Assembly (NCBI GenBank): GCA_051294905.1
Contig: CM119372.1
Coordinates: 40,302,001-40,366,000 of the forward strand
Length of the DNA: 64,000 bases
Direction: 5' to 3'
DNA from: Botryllus schlosseri
Lineage: Eukaryota
Part shown: one piece after another, positions 26,821 to 41,531 of the stretch
How positions within the stretch are numbered: the first letter of the stretch is position 1
Layout: the number at the start of each line of letters is the position of its first letter
Notes under the pieces: generated by a model
Told to the model about the DNA's origin: nothing
Databases searched by the model: none
The model's input: the letters and a program-made list of their open reading frames with translations, nothing else
Translations under genes and position numbers: made by a program

Positions 26821-28514
26821 ATGCGACCTCTATCCGAGTTTTGGTTCCCCGAAAGCAAAAAAAAAACACATCCTTGTTTCTGCATTGATATTGTTTCTCG
26901 CCACCTGCAGTCAATCGTTTTCGATAGTTTCTAAAATTGCAAGATGCATCTCAAATACTTACGTTGGGTGATTGAAATGCCGTCACAAATAGCTTCGGTT
27001 CGAAAGTATTACAGTGACGCAACAGCCATGTCGCCTAGTCGTTAGAGCGATTTCACTGTGGAAAAGGAGGCGCAAATACTACTTCCCGGTGACAAATATA
27101 TAATATCATTAATAGGTCCCTCGTGAATAGGACTGAGTAAAATAATTCGAGCACTCGAATCTGTAACGACTATCAAATTTTAATGTTCAAGTCGAGTGAG
27201 GAGAGATGATTTTTGCGGATACTGAAATGATACCCTCCTTGCCAATAATTAATTTAGCAACGAGAATTGTACGTTCGACACTATGGAAAGTCGTAAACCT
27301 CGATTGGCGTATCGCGGCATACGAAACGTGTAGTACTGTAGTACAAAGCTACGCATGTTACTGGAAATGACATATTTGAGCACAATGAGAAGTCTTCATC
27401 AACCCGCAGCATTGTCACAAAGTGCAATGAAGCATGCATGCTCGAATAAATACCGTCTCATCTCTCATTTGATGTAGAACTGTCATGATATTCTCTGTCG
27501 TCGCATAAAAGGTGCGGATTTGAATTTTCCACGTCGTTTCATTTTGTTGTGACGTCATCATGAGTGATGCTCGAATGCTGGAATTATAGAGTATGGCTCT
27601 ATACCGGAATCGAGTCTAATAGTTGATTCAGAATCGATTCACTCATGCGAGCGATTTAGCCCAGCCGTATTAGTCGTGGTGCAGAATTTGAATACCGCAA
27701 GGATCAACACAGTCATATTAGCATATATTTTCGATGGACTATCATCGGGATCTAGTGTCAGTAAATTCTGAGATAGCCTTTCAAAATGTGAAGGTGCCAT
27801 TGCAATTTATTGCATTCTGAAAATCATGTAGTTTTACTTCATAATCTGTTCAAGTATAAGTTCAAGTAGTCACTCAGGTACGTATACGAAACCTACTTGA
27901 GTACTCCCACGAATTACTTCGTTACCTATTCAGTTCAGTCACTTCCGTCAAGCGCGCCGAGATGGCGCCGATTTTGACGGTTTGTTTGTTTCCAGGGAAC
28001 GAGGAAAATGATTTGATCCATCGTTGAACTGTAGAGCCATCTTTATCATGATGGATGGCACGGATAATGCTGATTAATGTTCGGACGATGTACATCCTAA
28101 TACCGAGATCACTCTCATTTCTTGGGTTGTGAACGGGAATAGATCACCGTAGGTGACGAGTCTTTCGGAGGTATTTTGTTGACGCCACGTCTGCTCATAA
28201 GTAGGGCTGGGCAAAATCGATTAGCTATGAGCGATTCGATTCCGAATTGAGCATGAGGCGTCGAATATGGCATTCGAGTAGCACTCATTTGACTTCAAAA
28301 CGGTACGGATAATGCGCAAAATTCAAATATGTACCTTTCAAGCTAGCGCAAAAAGATAATCCCAGTTCTACATCACATTCATGATTTGGTATTTTGCGAT
28401 AATGCCCGTTTCATTGCAACTTGTGACAATGCTGAAAGTTGATCACAGATATGTCATTTTCACTAAACTAAGGCGGTAGCTTTGTACTGGATGTTGCGTA
28501 CTATGCGACATGAC

Positions 28515-29979
28515 TAGGGTTGCTTTTGAAACAATAGACAAACATGTTTAAAATAAAGCCCTTGTATAAAACATGTTTTTTATTGTTTTTGTTGTTGTTG
28601 TTTTTAAAGCCATGAAGTCAGGAATATTCAATTGTGACGTCATAGTGCAGGGGCGGGCAACATACGGCCCGCGAAGGGATTTTGTCCGGCCCGCGGAGAG
28701 TTTTCCGTCTTACATGATAATGTGGCCCGCGGCACATGTAAGTGCACTGCGCAGCGAGCGAGGGTGAAGCTTACGCGTAAGTTCGTCGAAGCGAGAAGAC
28801 TTATTGCATTAACGCCCTTTACGATGTAGTCAACCCTAATGTCATTTGTTGTAATCATGGTGTTTGTAGACAACAATGGTCTTTTACACCAGGCCGATAT
28901 TTTTTTATTTTTCATTCCGTAACCGTCGACTTGTAGCACGGCACACTTCTAGGCTTCTGTAAGACATCACTTATGCACGGGGTTGTCAACTCTAAACGGG
29001 TCGGGGTCACTTTCAAATTTCGTAGCGGCCGCGGGCCGCATGAATTCAATATCGAAATAGAATAGGCCACATAACTGAACATTGAACAACCACGCTATCT
29101 CGTCACCTACTAACTAAACCCTTTTGAATTGGTATCTTGATAAATTTGGGGTACCGTACCTGGCTTATCAAACGCCTTGAAATCCTTATTAAGAATTGCA
29201 ACGTGTGTTGATTGATCAGAGAGAAGCAGACACGGTGGTGCCTGTATGCCAATGCTGTTATCAAATCCACATTGTCTTCGTCATTAATGGCGAGAAATGG
29301 CTATGAAGTTACATTGCTGTCGTTGAAATATATTCATTAAATAGGCTACGATTTATCCTTGTATGTATGGATAAATGGGCGAATAATGTAGGCCTATCGA
29401 TTCAGCAATCCGGCCCATCAAGTTCTTAATTTTCCTATATTCTACCCGCCGACTGGAAAAGTTGCCCGCCCCTGGTATAATATATATATTCTGTAATCCG
29501 GCCCGCCAAGTGCTTCATTTTCCCATATCCGGCCCGCCGACCGGAGAAGTTGCCCGCCCCTGTCATAGTGTAATGGCATCGACAATTAAAAATACACGGT
29601 AAATATAGCTCCTTTGACCAAATAGGCTTCGAACCCCAGGTCATATAGATCCCTAAAATATCTTTAGCCAGGACTACATCGTCATACAGCGTTGTTACTG
29701 TCGGGACCATCATCACCAGAACATTCAGTCCGTACCAATGATCTAAAACTACGTACTATAGCTATTAGGCCCACTATTTCGAGGTTTCCTACCATTCCAT
29801 ATTAAATACGTCGGTTACACCGGGTGTAAATCGACTGCAGGCTCATTCTACATGTTTTTTGAAAAAGTATTTACACAATTTGGGCACCATTTTTTGAAGA
29901 GGCCTTCGTTTAAAACACTATTCAATGCATGTTTTAAACAAAGTGTTTTAAACAATCATTTGTTTTAAATGCAAACCTA
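28515..29979. mobile_element. hAT MITE with TTTAAAACA motifs, hosting 28648-29562
   Basis: Ends TAGGGTTGCTTTTGAAACAA / TTGTTTTAAATGCAAACCTA, TSD GACATGAC/GACACGAC. A sibling starts at 63801. Confidence 0.8.
28648..29562. mobile_element. hAT Charlie/Buster-type MITE with duplicated right end
   Basis: Perfect 14-bp TIR CAGGGGCGGGCAAC, perfect TSD TCATAGTG, extra internal right TIR ending ~29474. Inverted partial sibling at ~56530-57090. Confidence 0.9.
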
Positions 29980-32900
29980 GACACGACCCATCGAGCTTTC
30001 ACGGGTTCCGCAGTGGAAAATAGACCGAAACCTCGTTGATAAATGAACTCTCTTAGAAGCAAAGTTGCGCAAAGGTGTAGTACTCGAAAGATTCACTTCA
30101 ATACTTGACCCGGAAAACTAGAACTAAGATAAAGAGGAAGGAGAAGTAATCTTGTGAAAGTTCTCTTGGATATTTCTACCAGCGCTCACCCAAATAACAT
30201 CCAGCAACATAGAATTGACTATGGACAGGCTCCTCTTCACGTTATAAGATACGTTTTCCAATGTCTGACGATCAATCGATGTCGGAGAAAACTATAAACA
30301 TGGTGACTCTTTAGTCGCTCCGAAAAGTCTCCAAATTGAACATAATTATTCCATGATACAAATTTCGACTGTCAATTCAACGCTGATTACTAGGGATGGT
30401 GTGAACCTCTGAAAGGTTCAGGCTCCTGTAAACGCGAACCTTTTTGAAAAGTTCTGTGTGAACGCGAACGTGAACCTCATGGCGTGACGTGACGTCATAT
30501 TGCTAATTTCAACCCTGCATTTGAGTGAAGTCATTGCCTATATTACTGTATACAATATACTTACATACATACATACATATATCATACATGTATTGTATAC
30601 ATTGTACATGCACAATAGGGCTGTTCAAAAATAACTTTTTGTTCTGGATTCGAGCTATTCAGTCATTAAATTGTCAGGTTACCCTAAAAATGCTGGACAC
30701 CAAATTTGGTTCAATTCTAACAAGTATAGGGTTCCGAAGATCTAATTAAAATTTTTAATTTAAATAGGAAAATTAAAAAAAAATCAAATTTTTCTGTCAA
30801 CCCCATGAAATTGTTGAGCTGTCTTCAGAGACGATGCAAAACAAATTTGACTCAGTTCCAACCAGTAGAAACAGAGGTATTGGAGTTTTTCGTTGATAAT
30901 CCTCTATGTAGCCCAGTGGTTCTCAACGTTTTTGAGCCGCGGACTATTCTCAAGCTCACCTATATATCCGCGGACTCGAGCTTTATATTAACGAAAAGGA
31001 GGTTTTTCAATATCGATCCAAGAGAGTGTAATACGGTATCAACAAAACAGGCAAGCACTGTTTTTCACTCCACCCACATTTAATGAGAGCCTTGTCCTTG
31101 ATCTTGCTTGACAAGTTTGTTTATCGAATTCCGGAATTATGGTTGTCAATGTAGGCCTACATCTGATGTCACCTTACGGTTGAAGTCTATTGCTATAGCC
31201 TACTTCCTTTGTTCACCGTCAGAGATTCACACAGGTAGGCAATGTGGCCGGAAATAGCAAAAGAGCTGTTGCAGCTTGCTAGCAAATATCTGAAAGACTA
31301 TGCTCCATCGACTGCACATTTGGCCAAAATTGAGTCAAGGAAGCTTTTGTAAACATGTCTTTCCACATCTATCGGCTTGTAATTCAAGCAACTGTTCAGT
31401 AATGCAGTCCATATCTCGAGTTCTACTTATAATAGACAACCATAGATTGTTACTGTGATTAGCACATGTCCCTACGATTTATCAATATCCAAATAACGTC
31501 TGCAAGGGAACGAGTCGCAATAATCAATCAACAATACTCAGCGTATATCGCGCCGGAAACGTATGCAAGGTGCCTACGTGCAGTACCGTAACACCACATC
31601 GTCAGCCCCCCCCAAAAAAAAACGTTTGTCTTGGGCCCCCACAGGGTTATAAATCTAACTTCTGTGGTGCTTCGCCCCCAAACCCCCCTCTTCCGAAACC
31701 TTTTTACCGCTACTTCTCAGCGAAATATTTGTACCGTTTAGTTAGCCGGCTTGTTTCGAATGAACCGCGCGAGGCGCGAAAATATTCCCTATTTCATGAT
31801 TGAATCGGTCAATATGATCGGGAATTGCATATATATTGATGCAAACTTTTTATCATGTCTCTGCTCGTGTAGCCAGATTTACCGGTAAAGCTGAGTGAGG
31901 CGTTTGGGAAAAAGATATTAGTCATGCGTCTTTTCTTCTTAGGGGAAGGGTACCCAATAATCAAGAAAGTCGACACCAATAAATCGCGCGTAACGCGAAA
32001 AATCTAGAAAGTTGCAAAATGTTGCAAAAAGTTGCATGAAAAAAATGGACAAAAGTTGCAAAAAGTTGCACTATAAGATTCCTTCAAACAGCTTAAAACA
32101 GCATTCTACATATCTTACGAGTATTTAGGGAGCTGCCGAAAGCTGTAAAAAAAGTTGCCAAAATTGCAAAAAACTTGCCCTAGTCATAACCTTCCATGCC
32201 AAAAAACAATCTATTGAGGTTGCTAGCATCCCGATTAGATTTTGTGATATGACGGTAAGGGGGGCACGAAAATTTTCACTATCACAAAGGGCGGCGTGTC
32301 TAAAAAAGGTTGGGAACCACTGTGCTAGATAGAAATGACTATTGACCAGGCTTAGCATCATATGTTCATTAAAAAAATTGCTTGTCAATTTTGGTGAAAT
32401 ATTGTTGCGATCATGCCCAAACGTGTCGTCGGAAGCGTTACACGTTATTAATAAATTCGCTACAACCTATATTCGTTGATATCAAATCGAAGACAGGGAT
32501 TCTGAAGACACGACCAGGTATTTCAAGAAATGCACTTGCAGAATTCGCATTGAAATAGTCAAAATCAACCCAATTTCCACATACATATATGATGCTATTT
32601 TCAAGAAAAGTCATTTTTTAGATGTTTATCACTATAGCCAACAGATATCATTTTCACAATACAGATGATGATTGTATGATAATTCAACCAAATTTGGACT
32701 AAAACTTCAAGGGGTCCGCGGCGGTCCGAAAGGGGTCCGCGAGGACAAAAAGGTTGAGAACCACTGGCCTACGGGCTCGTATCATTTGGTTCGAGATCGA
32801 TATATACATCCAGAATTCTCCTCTGCGATTGGCAATACGGGGAAGTCACTTGTGCTGGGTTCTGTTTCATTGCTTCGTGACAATATTAAATCAACTGAGA

Positions 32901-33476
32901 ATTTGGTAGAGATTTGGTCACATTAAATTTAGTCCTGCATCAAGCTCTTAACTACCATGAATGGGGGTAACGACTCTAATCAGTTCCATCCTTTATGATA
33001 CGATGAAGAAATATTCTGACGATTTAATTTGTAGCTTTGTACTAGAAGTATATTTAGTTAATTATTTTGGCCAAAAAGCTTCAAAACATCTTTATTGGAT
33101 ACTACTTTGTATGAGTATTGCTTTCACAACTATACATTCATTGCAGTGAAGAATTTATTAACTCGAAGACTCGAAGTTGTACAGTGGCGTACAGTGCCTT
33201 TTCGATTTCGACACGCAGTTCGCTGCAATATTTTCATCATTTCAAAACAGCACAAAACTGTAATACAATGGCAAGATAGGAATTAGGACGGTGTCAAAAC
33301 GACTTGGAGTAGCTAGCGTGTCGTGAGTGTGATAACAGGGAATTGACAATCCAAAACTACGCCGAATTAATTTTACATGAATTAAAATAAACCACCGCAT
33401 CCATGAAAACATGGTTGGTGGATATTTCGCGATGAGCGTAGCGAAAACGTTGTGATTTGACTTATAGTTTGTCGAG

Positions 33477-33667
33477 CAATGTTCCCTCTAAGCTGCGCAC
33501 GTTTGCCAATGCTCAGTGCTGGCATGGTCTCTGCGCACAAAAATTTAAGTTGCGCACAAAAGATCCGAAGTTATGACCTTTATTTAGTCGTTACGCACTG
33601 TTGTACAAGGATCTGCGCAGCGAGTTGGTGAGCGTGCGCAGACTAGTCGAAATTAGAGGGAACATTG
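33477..33667. mobile_element. 191-bp hAT MITE (CAATGTTCCCTCTAA family)
   Basis: Perfect 15-bp TIR, TSD TTGTCGAG/TTGTCGAA. Confidence 0.9.
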
Positions 33668-34656
33668 TTGTCGAAAGTTAGTTTTCAATGAGTACTCAGG
33701 GATATTTAGAGCTATCGTTTTACTGTATAATCATATGTCCTTACTACAACATCTACTGCGAGGCCATTTTTCTTCAGTGCCCCCATACCATACCCCTGAG
33801 TCCAGCGCCCCCCATTTCGCCCCCTGAGCGTTTCCGCCCCCTTCAAAATCCAAATGGTCCCCTGGGGGCGCTGGACACAAGGTTAAGAACCACTGTTTTA
33901 CATCATCCAGTGGTTGACCAGAAAATAGACTGAGAAAAAAAATGTCAACTTTCTGGCCCAGCTTCCGAAATAGCCGCCGGGGTGTTACTTCACTGCAAAT
34001 TCGATGTATCTCAGTCGAATTTTGCCCTATATAAAACCATAAGTCTCAAAAAAGAAAACATTTGGGCGTCCTCCGAGGACACTTTCAAAAAAGTCAAAAA
34101 AGAGGACAAATCCTCTTAAAAGAGAACGTATGTTATTCCGAAACCAGTGGTTCTTGACCTTTCCCCCAGCGCCCCCGAGTGGGAGATTTCGATTTTGAAG
34201 GGGCCGGAAACGCTCAGGGGGCGAAATAGGGGGATCTGCGCTCAGGGGGCCGGTATGAGGGACGCTGAAGAAAAATGGCCTCGAAGTAGATGGTGTACTA
34301 AGGACATATGATTATATAGTAGAACAATAGTTCTATATATCCCCGAGTTCTCATTGCAAACTAACATTCGCCAAAGACTACTCCAAGTCGTTTCGACACC
34401 TTACTATCTCTTCATTGTATCGCACTCTTGTGGTGTTTTGAAATGATGACATTCCGATACAGTACTTAACATTTTTCTGAATTCACTGTAATTACGTCTT
34501 ACGTAGCCTATGCATCTTCATTGTATCATTCGCAGTAAGCTAACAATTTAATGACCATTCTTATTATCCTGCTATTGTGTAATCATTCCCGGTTCCAACA
34601 GCTGCCGATTGACTATATCCGGATACTCCGGGATTACCTATCGTGATGCTGTAAGA

Positions 34657-35863
34657 CTGGGGTAGGCAAACTTTTTAACTCGCGGGCCGCATTCAACATT
34701 TGAAACCTTTCGCGGGTCGCACCATTAAAAATTAGGATACTATACGCCAAAATGCAATATTGTTATTTCATGATATAGTGACCGACGACATGGTAATAAT
34801 ATAGATGTATATTTGAAACAAGCCAAACATTGATTTGATGATAACATACACTCTTCAGGAGCATTGACGAGAATTTATAAGCTGGTCGTCCTCATTGTTA
34901 AAATTAGGCATGAAAGTCGGTTGTCCCGATTCGTACAACAGGACGCGAATTTGAGTCTGTGAGCAGCGATCTGTTCATAGATTTGCTGATTGTACTTTTT
35001 TCCAACTCCAGGACTCACAATGCTGACAGCATCATAACCACATTAACTTTAAATACGCTTCTACGATATCTATATATGATAAAGATAAACGTCTCTACAC
35101 ATACAAAGAACGAATCTATCTAACACACTAGGTAATTGGTTTTTTCAAGTACAGCACTAAAAGGAAAAAAACTTCCTAAAATTACACTCGTGGTCCGAAT
35201 TGAGTCATTTACGTCTCACTTTCTGTGATGCTTAGCAATTGAAACATTTAAAAATGCCAGGCCTCAAGGTCATGCTATCGCGACATCAATGAAATAAAAA
35301 AAATACTATGGTAAGAATATAGCTAATGATTACCATGTTGAAATATATTAAGAAAAATTTTAATCAAATACTCACACTAGTGCGGAGCGGATCGAAAAAT
35401 TCTCTGGTCCGACTCCGATCCGGCTTGCCCATTCTCTGGTCCGACTCCGGCCGTATCAGGAAACCTGATCGGGCTCCAATCCGCTTCGGCCCAAAATGAA
35501 AAAGTCCTGCCGGAAATCCGGCCCAACACGGTACGGTGGTTCCGTGAATTTCAAAATATGGCTCGTTTCTTTTCGCACTGGCTTGACGGTTACTTGCGCG
35601 TGGTTGGTGGGTGGCTATTTAGTTACAAACGTCATGCTTATCTATAAAGATTCTGGCATTATCAAAAAAGTACTGATCCGGCTCCGATCCGGCCGGATAT
35701 CCAATCTGACTCCGGTCCATGCTCCGCACTAACTCGCACCGACAGTAATTTGAATTTATTGCGCATTTATCAATATTTTTACGTTTCTTTAGGCTTTCGC
35801 GGGCCGCACTAAACGGCGTTGCGAGCCGGGTGCGGCCCGCGGGCCGTAGTTTGCCCACCCATG
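34657..35863. mobile_element. hAT Charlie/Buster-type MITE, inverted sibling of 62050-63182
   Basis: Ends CTGGGGTAGGCAAACT / AGTTTGCCCACCCATG, and the internal sequence matches the reverse complement of 62800-63180. TSD is degenerate. Confidence 0.75.
35378..35731. mobile_element. hAT MITE with TCCGA/TCCGG arrays
   Basis: TIR TAGTGCGGAGC, TSD ACTCACAC/ACTCGCAC. Confidence 0.85.
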
Positions 35864-38800
35864 CTCGAACACATCACAACAATCAACAATTGTCAACGAA
35901 AGCTGCATCACAAAATTGCGACCATGCGCTGGCAGCAATATGAATTGGAACTGCAACAAAACAGAACAGAACAGAAATACACTGTAAATCCGCAAGGTCG
36001 TATTGAACACTTCATGACACTTTTTTCTGCGTACAGACACACTTTTTGGGCATATAAACGCATTGGGCCATTATCGTCGCAACGCTTCTGCGTATTTCTC
36101 CGTTTACTTGTAACACTTCGTCACTGCGGCTTATTTTCAAGAAAATTTATACTTGGTAATTTATCATCAATTTTGCATTCATAAACCATCGCTACATTTG
36201 GAGATCACATTAAATCACGGTATATGTAAAATAATATTACTCACTTGACCCAACACTAAGTTTAAGGGTAATATTTCAATGAAATATACATATTTCCCTG
36301 TGACGCAGAGGGGTCACAACCTTCGTCGCGGTAGAGCGCGCTCGATTTCAGTTTGGATTTGAATTGGTGGTTCGTCAGGCTTCAGGCAGAGAGTAAGGTA
36401 CACGAAAAAACTTGGCGAAATGGATATATTGAAGCAGTTTCTGCTACCTGATGGCGTAAAGGATCATAAATTCCATGTACTGTAAGGTATGGAGATGCGG
36501 TAAATGTTATTGAATGTATGTAATGTGAGAATAGTCATAAAATTAACTCTTTTTGACATTGCAGTAACGTCGTTTGTTTTAGATGTTGTAGCAGGCTACT
36601 CATATCCCTTATTCATATGAATGTTCTTTAGATGTTTTGTAGTATATGATTCGTCTGATATTATTGCTGGATGATCGAGCTTCGAATCTGATAATATACC
36701 AGGCTGCGACCAGGTCCAGTAACGGTACTGATGGGAAGCTGCTATAAAATTAACTTTTTTGACATATGGATAAAGGGATGTTCTCTCTATCCACACTGAA
36801 ATATCACTATGTAGGCGATATTGTGGTCCATTGTAGACAAGTACTGCAATGTCAGCAATTGAATGCCGGTATGACAGTCATGCAACGGTTTTGATTGTTT
36901 TTCAACTGCAACACGTTTTACACTGTAGGCCTACTGTTTATTCCAAGTGGTAAGGTGTTAACTAAAGCGATTTTTGAAATGTCAAAATAGGTCAGAATTT
37001 TGTCAAAATTGTACCGTTAGGTCAAAAATTGCCAAAATTCTTCACAAAATCAAAATTTTGTTGGCAACTTGCATTTCGTTTGTATCATAGATGATTGCAC
37101 TGTCGGTGAACTTATCATTTTACAATTTACATCTTGTAGCCTACTTTATAGTCCTACCGTTGTAGACGGACCATCGTCTGCTCATTGTGAATCATAAACT
37201 GTCAAATGAAACAAATACTCAACGTAGCCTATTGCACTATCCTAACTGAAGCGAGACTGCGTGGGCATTGGTTCTTCGATTAAAAACCGTATGATGAATA
37301 CTTGCAATGTAGACAACTTTGTCATAATGAGAGAGAGAGTGCAGTGTACGCACAACTTCAGTGTTGCCGGCCAACAACTGCAGCTGGTGAACGTTCTTTC
37401 TTCATTCTTGCCAAGCTACTTAGTTAGGACAGACACTTTCTACCCGAAAATGTAGGAAAGTATCTTTCGTTGTACTACAACAAATTTTTAATTATTTCTA
37501 CCATAATACGAGATGTAACTAATACTAGAATTATTCATGGGTCCAGATTTCGATAAAATAAGTTCTTTTTCATGTAAAAATTTGTCAATTTTCATGCTAA
37601 AAGATTTTTTCAGATCAAATTACTTCGGAAGAACAGAGAGCTCCAGCCAGAAATAAAGATAAGTTCTGGTAATACAATTCTAACACTATGTGAGAAAAAC
37701 CTAATTTAAGTACATGGGGTCAAAATTAAGTTTTTCATCATCAAAATATGTGTGAAGTTGAATTTTTTAGTCAAAATCTTACCTTTTTAGGTCCAAAAAA
37801 TCGCCCCAATAATAGCACAGCCAAACAAACAATCTTTTCAACAAACCATGGATCACAAGGGGTAGTATTTGTTTTGCCCAATCCCCAAATTTGACTTTTC
37901 TGAGTTTATTGTGATACGGTAACTGAACTAAACTCTATTTTGCAGGTAGTATGTATTGAACTTGGCACCTTTTTGAAATGCATTTGCTGTATGGAATACT
38001 GGTAAGCATCACGTTGTTTTGTAAGTGAACTGGTATATCCTTAGAGAATGAATTTGATTCTGTTGCAATCGGTTATCTTTGTGATAAAGATTTTTATGAA
38101 AGTTTACTGGTGAAATTTCACAAAAATTGTTAACAATCCAGGAAGTATACTAACTGTGCCAGAGTAAAATTGGTGGTAACGTCATGTGCAACTTTCCATT
38201 CCATTACTCAATTATTCTATGAAATACACCCTTCTGTCACGCACAACTTATTGCAGAAAAAAAAACTGTATCCAGTATGATATCTGCGTGATTACTGAGC
38301 AGTTCAATTGAATTGCGAAATTTTGCAACAAATATTTTCTTTTCAATAGTCTTGGATTGATCCTCAAATTCGTTCAACTGATGTCCACTCTTTAAAAAGA
38401 GCCCCCTGGGTCTACCGTGCCTGCGCTATCAGACAATGTTGACAGTGACGTGAGGAGTCGTTCGTAACGGGTTTTGTGCCGGCACAGTCATCTTATGTGA
38501 TACAGACCTTTGTCTCAAGAGCACATGGATACATGTGATTATGTAAGCCTATTTTCTCATTTTATATATCACCATTGATTATGTAATTTGCTGGTTTTTG
38601 CAGTCCTACTTTTCTCACGAACTATCTCGCAGAGTAGCTTACGGGCTATTCGATATGAGCTGAAAAAGGCTTCATCTGTGTACACTGCACAGTAAAGTGT
38701 ATCCTGAACTGTTTACACTGAACAGAGATGTAGTTAAACGTAATGAGCTCGTGTAACTTGTACTTTAACTATTGCTTACTGAACTATAATGGGCTAGGTC

Positions 38801-39929
38801 AGTGGTTCTCAACCTGGGGGGCTGAGCACCTCTCCTGCGCTTCTGTAACCTATCTGTGTGAAATATTTATATTTACTTCTGCATCAAATTTACAATTTTC
38901 CTTTGTAATGTTTCGTATTTTCTAGGAGCAGCATTTGGATTTGACCAGTAAAAAAAAGATCCGCCATGGCACGCCACGAATCAGGGACTCATCAAGCCTG
39001 GGTTGCGGCTGATGGAAAGAATATGAAAAATACCCTAATGTGCAGGTAGTATGTATTGCAATTGGCACCTTCTTGAAATGCATTTGTTGTTTTAAATACT
39101 GGTAAGCATCGCGGTATTTCGTAAGTAAACTGGTATATCCTTAGATAATGAATTTGATTCTGCTGCATTTGGTTATTTTTATGAATGTTTGCTGGTAAAA
39201 TTCCACTAAAATGATTAACAATCCAGGAAAGTATGCTACTCGTGCTGTAGTAAAATTGGTGGTACGGTCACATGCAACTTTCCATTACAATAATTATTTG
39301 TTCTATGAAAGACACCCTTTTGTCACATACAAATGTATCCAGTGTGATATCTGCGTAATACTGAATGCCGGTGACGTGATATTTTGTGATACGATTGTTG
39401 ATGTACAACGTTCTTTCGAGTTCTCTACTAGTTACTGACGATTACCCCTGACGAGTCTCAGCCGAAAATATTCGGGCTCATTTCAATATGCATATACTAT
39501 TCAATTTTATATTGAAGTTTGGCACCTCGGAGAAGCTGTTCGAATATTGAATAGTTCCCTTGTATTGCAAATTTTTGAAACAAGTATTTTCTTTTCAACA
39601 GTCTTGGATTGATCTTCAAATTCATCCAACTGGTGTCGACTCTTCGAAGAGACCCCCTGGTTCTACCGTGCGTGTGCTAACAGACAATGTTGATAGTGAC
39701 GTGAGGAGTCATCTGAACGGATTTTGTGCCGGTGCAGTCATCTTTTGCGATAATACTTTTGCCTCAAGAACCCATGGAAACATGTGATCATGTAAGTCTA
39801 TTTACTCATTTCATATATCACCATTGATCATGTAATGTGCTGGTTTTTGCAGTCCTAATTTTCTTAATAACTATCTATATATGCGATATGAGCTGAAGAG
39901 AGGCTTGATCTGTGTACATTGAACAGAGG

Positions 39930-41531
39930 CAGGGCTGTGGAGTCGGTGGAGTCGGAGTCGGGGTAATTTTCGCTTGATAGAGTCGGAGTCGTGAAAACTA
40001 TAATAGCTGGAGTCGGAGTCGGTGGGAAAATACTGACTGGAGTCGGAGTCGGAGTTTGTGAGAATGACTATGACTTCGACTCCGACTCCAACTTCTCTAT
40101 CATGAAAACATTTGCTTTCAAAGAATTTTCAATATAATTTTTATGTACCACCAACCACTGTTATTATTAACCATACATGCAGATCAGGTGCGGCCAGCCC
40201 GTGGCACGAAGGCCAAATTTGGCACACGAGAAGGTTAGGTGTGGCCTGCGAGGTAATTCTCGAAATTATTTATGACATCAGGTACAATCGCAAGGCCAAC
40301 CAAAATTTGATTAGCATGACCGCGAAATTTGATGATGACTAAAACAACAGTTCTGACGCATTGACGTATCCAGGGGCCAGCTACATTTATCCCAGATCTT
40401 CGTATATGACCATGAAGTAGAATATTTCATAGCAGATTTATTGGACTTGAAATTTTTCTCGGTACTTCGCATGATTCATTGTCACTAGATTTCTTGCATT
40501 CAGTATTTGAGCCCACTTCTGAAAATTATAAATACGTATTATTCACAGAATTGAGTCTAACTGTATTCGCAATTAGGAGATACGGCTTCGCTTGTGCACT
40601 CGCAGCGAGATCGTCGACAAAACATTTGCACAAAATGATAGAGGCATGTTCACTGATAATATCGATTTTGCTATGTCTAAAAGTCGAATAATCCTGTCCT
40701 TGCCAAATGAGCCCAGTGATATACAGATGCGACCCCCAATGTATGATAGCGACATATTTCTTGATATAGCTATAGCCTAATTCAGTCGTTATCTTGCAAA
40801 AAATTTTCGCGCGAGTGCTCCCCACTTGACAAAATTAAAAATATTTGTAGTGTAGCTTAGCTGTTTGGGTCGAACAAATGATTAAGAAAGACTGCAAGTC
40901 CCAATCCTTGAATACTTGATTAAGTACATGCAGACTAGACATAGGCTATGGTCTTTGACTACTTAACTAAATTCCATTTCTGACCAATGTCTATTGTTAG
41001 CAGTAAGACTGTATGTGCTTGTAATCAGGATAGTGTGCAATGACAAAATTAGTAAGTTCAATTTCTTTATTAGTTGCTGAGTCATACGTAAGAGCTACAC
41101 TTGGATTTTTTATCTACATTTTTATTAAACAGGATTAGATATCTGCCATATTTGAATGATTCATACATTTCAGGATATTAGAGAGTCCATGTTATAAAAA
41201 CTTGAATAAGGAAGGATATTTAGCAAATCTTTATTTCATGTTAATTGCAAGTGGATAATTCGAGTTGTGCCACAATGAAACAATTTAGCATGCCACAGTT
41301 AATCATATGTTTGCATATGTTTAATGGTTGTATGATAGTCATTCAACCGACAATGTGGCATATGATTTTCGAAGTAAATTGGTAATAATGCTGGAGTCGG
41401 AGTCGGTACGTTTAAAGACCCAGGAGTCGGAGTCGGTACGTTTAAGAACTCAGGAGTCGGAGTCGGTATATTGAAAATGTGTGGAGTCGGAGCCGGAGCC
41501 GGTGGTAAAATTTACCGACTCCACAGCCCTG
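39930..41531. mobile_element. hAT MITE with GGAGTC arrays
   Basis: Perfect 18-bp TIR CAGGGCTGTGGAGTCGGT, perfect TSD AACAGAGG, empty paralogous site at ~38721. Confidence 0.95.

Noticed and set aside
35819..36184. 121-aa ORF
   Set aside because: It spans a MITE end, a spacer and the CACTA-like terminus, so it is a chance read-through.
41393..41500. CRISPR-like array (GGAGTCGGAGTCGGTA every ~30 bp)
   Set aside because: Eukaryotic context, spacers are only ~14 bp and similar to each other, no cas genes, and it lies inside a TIR/TSD-bounded MITE.
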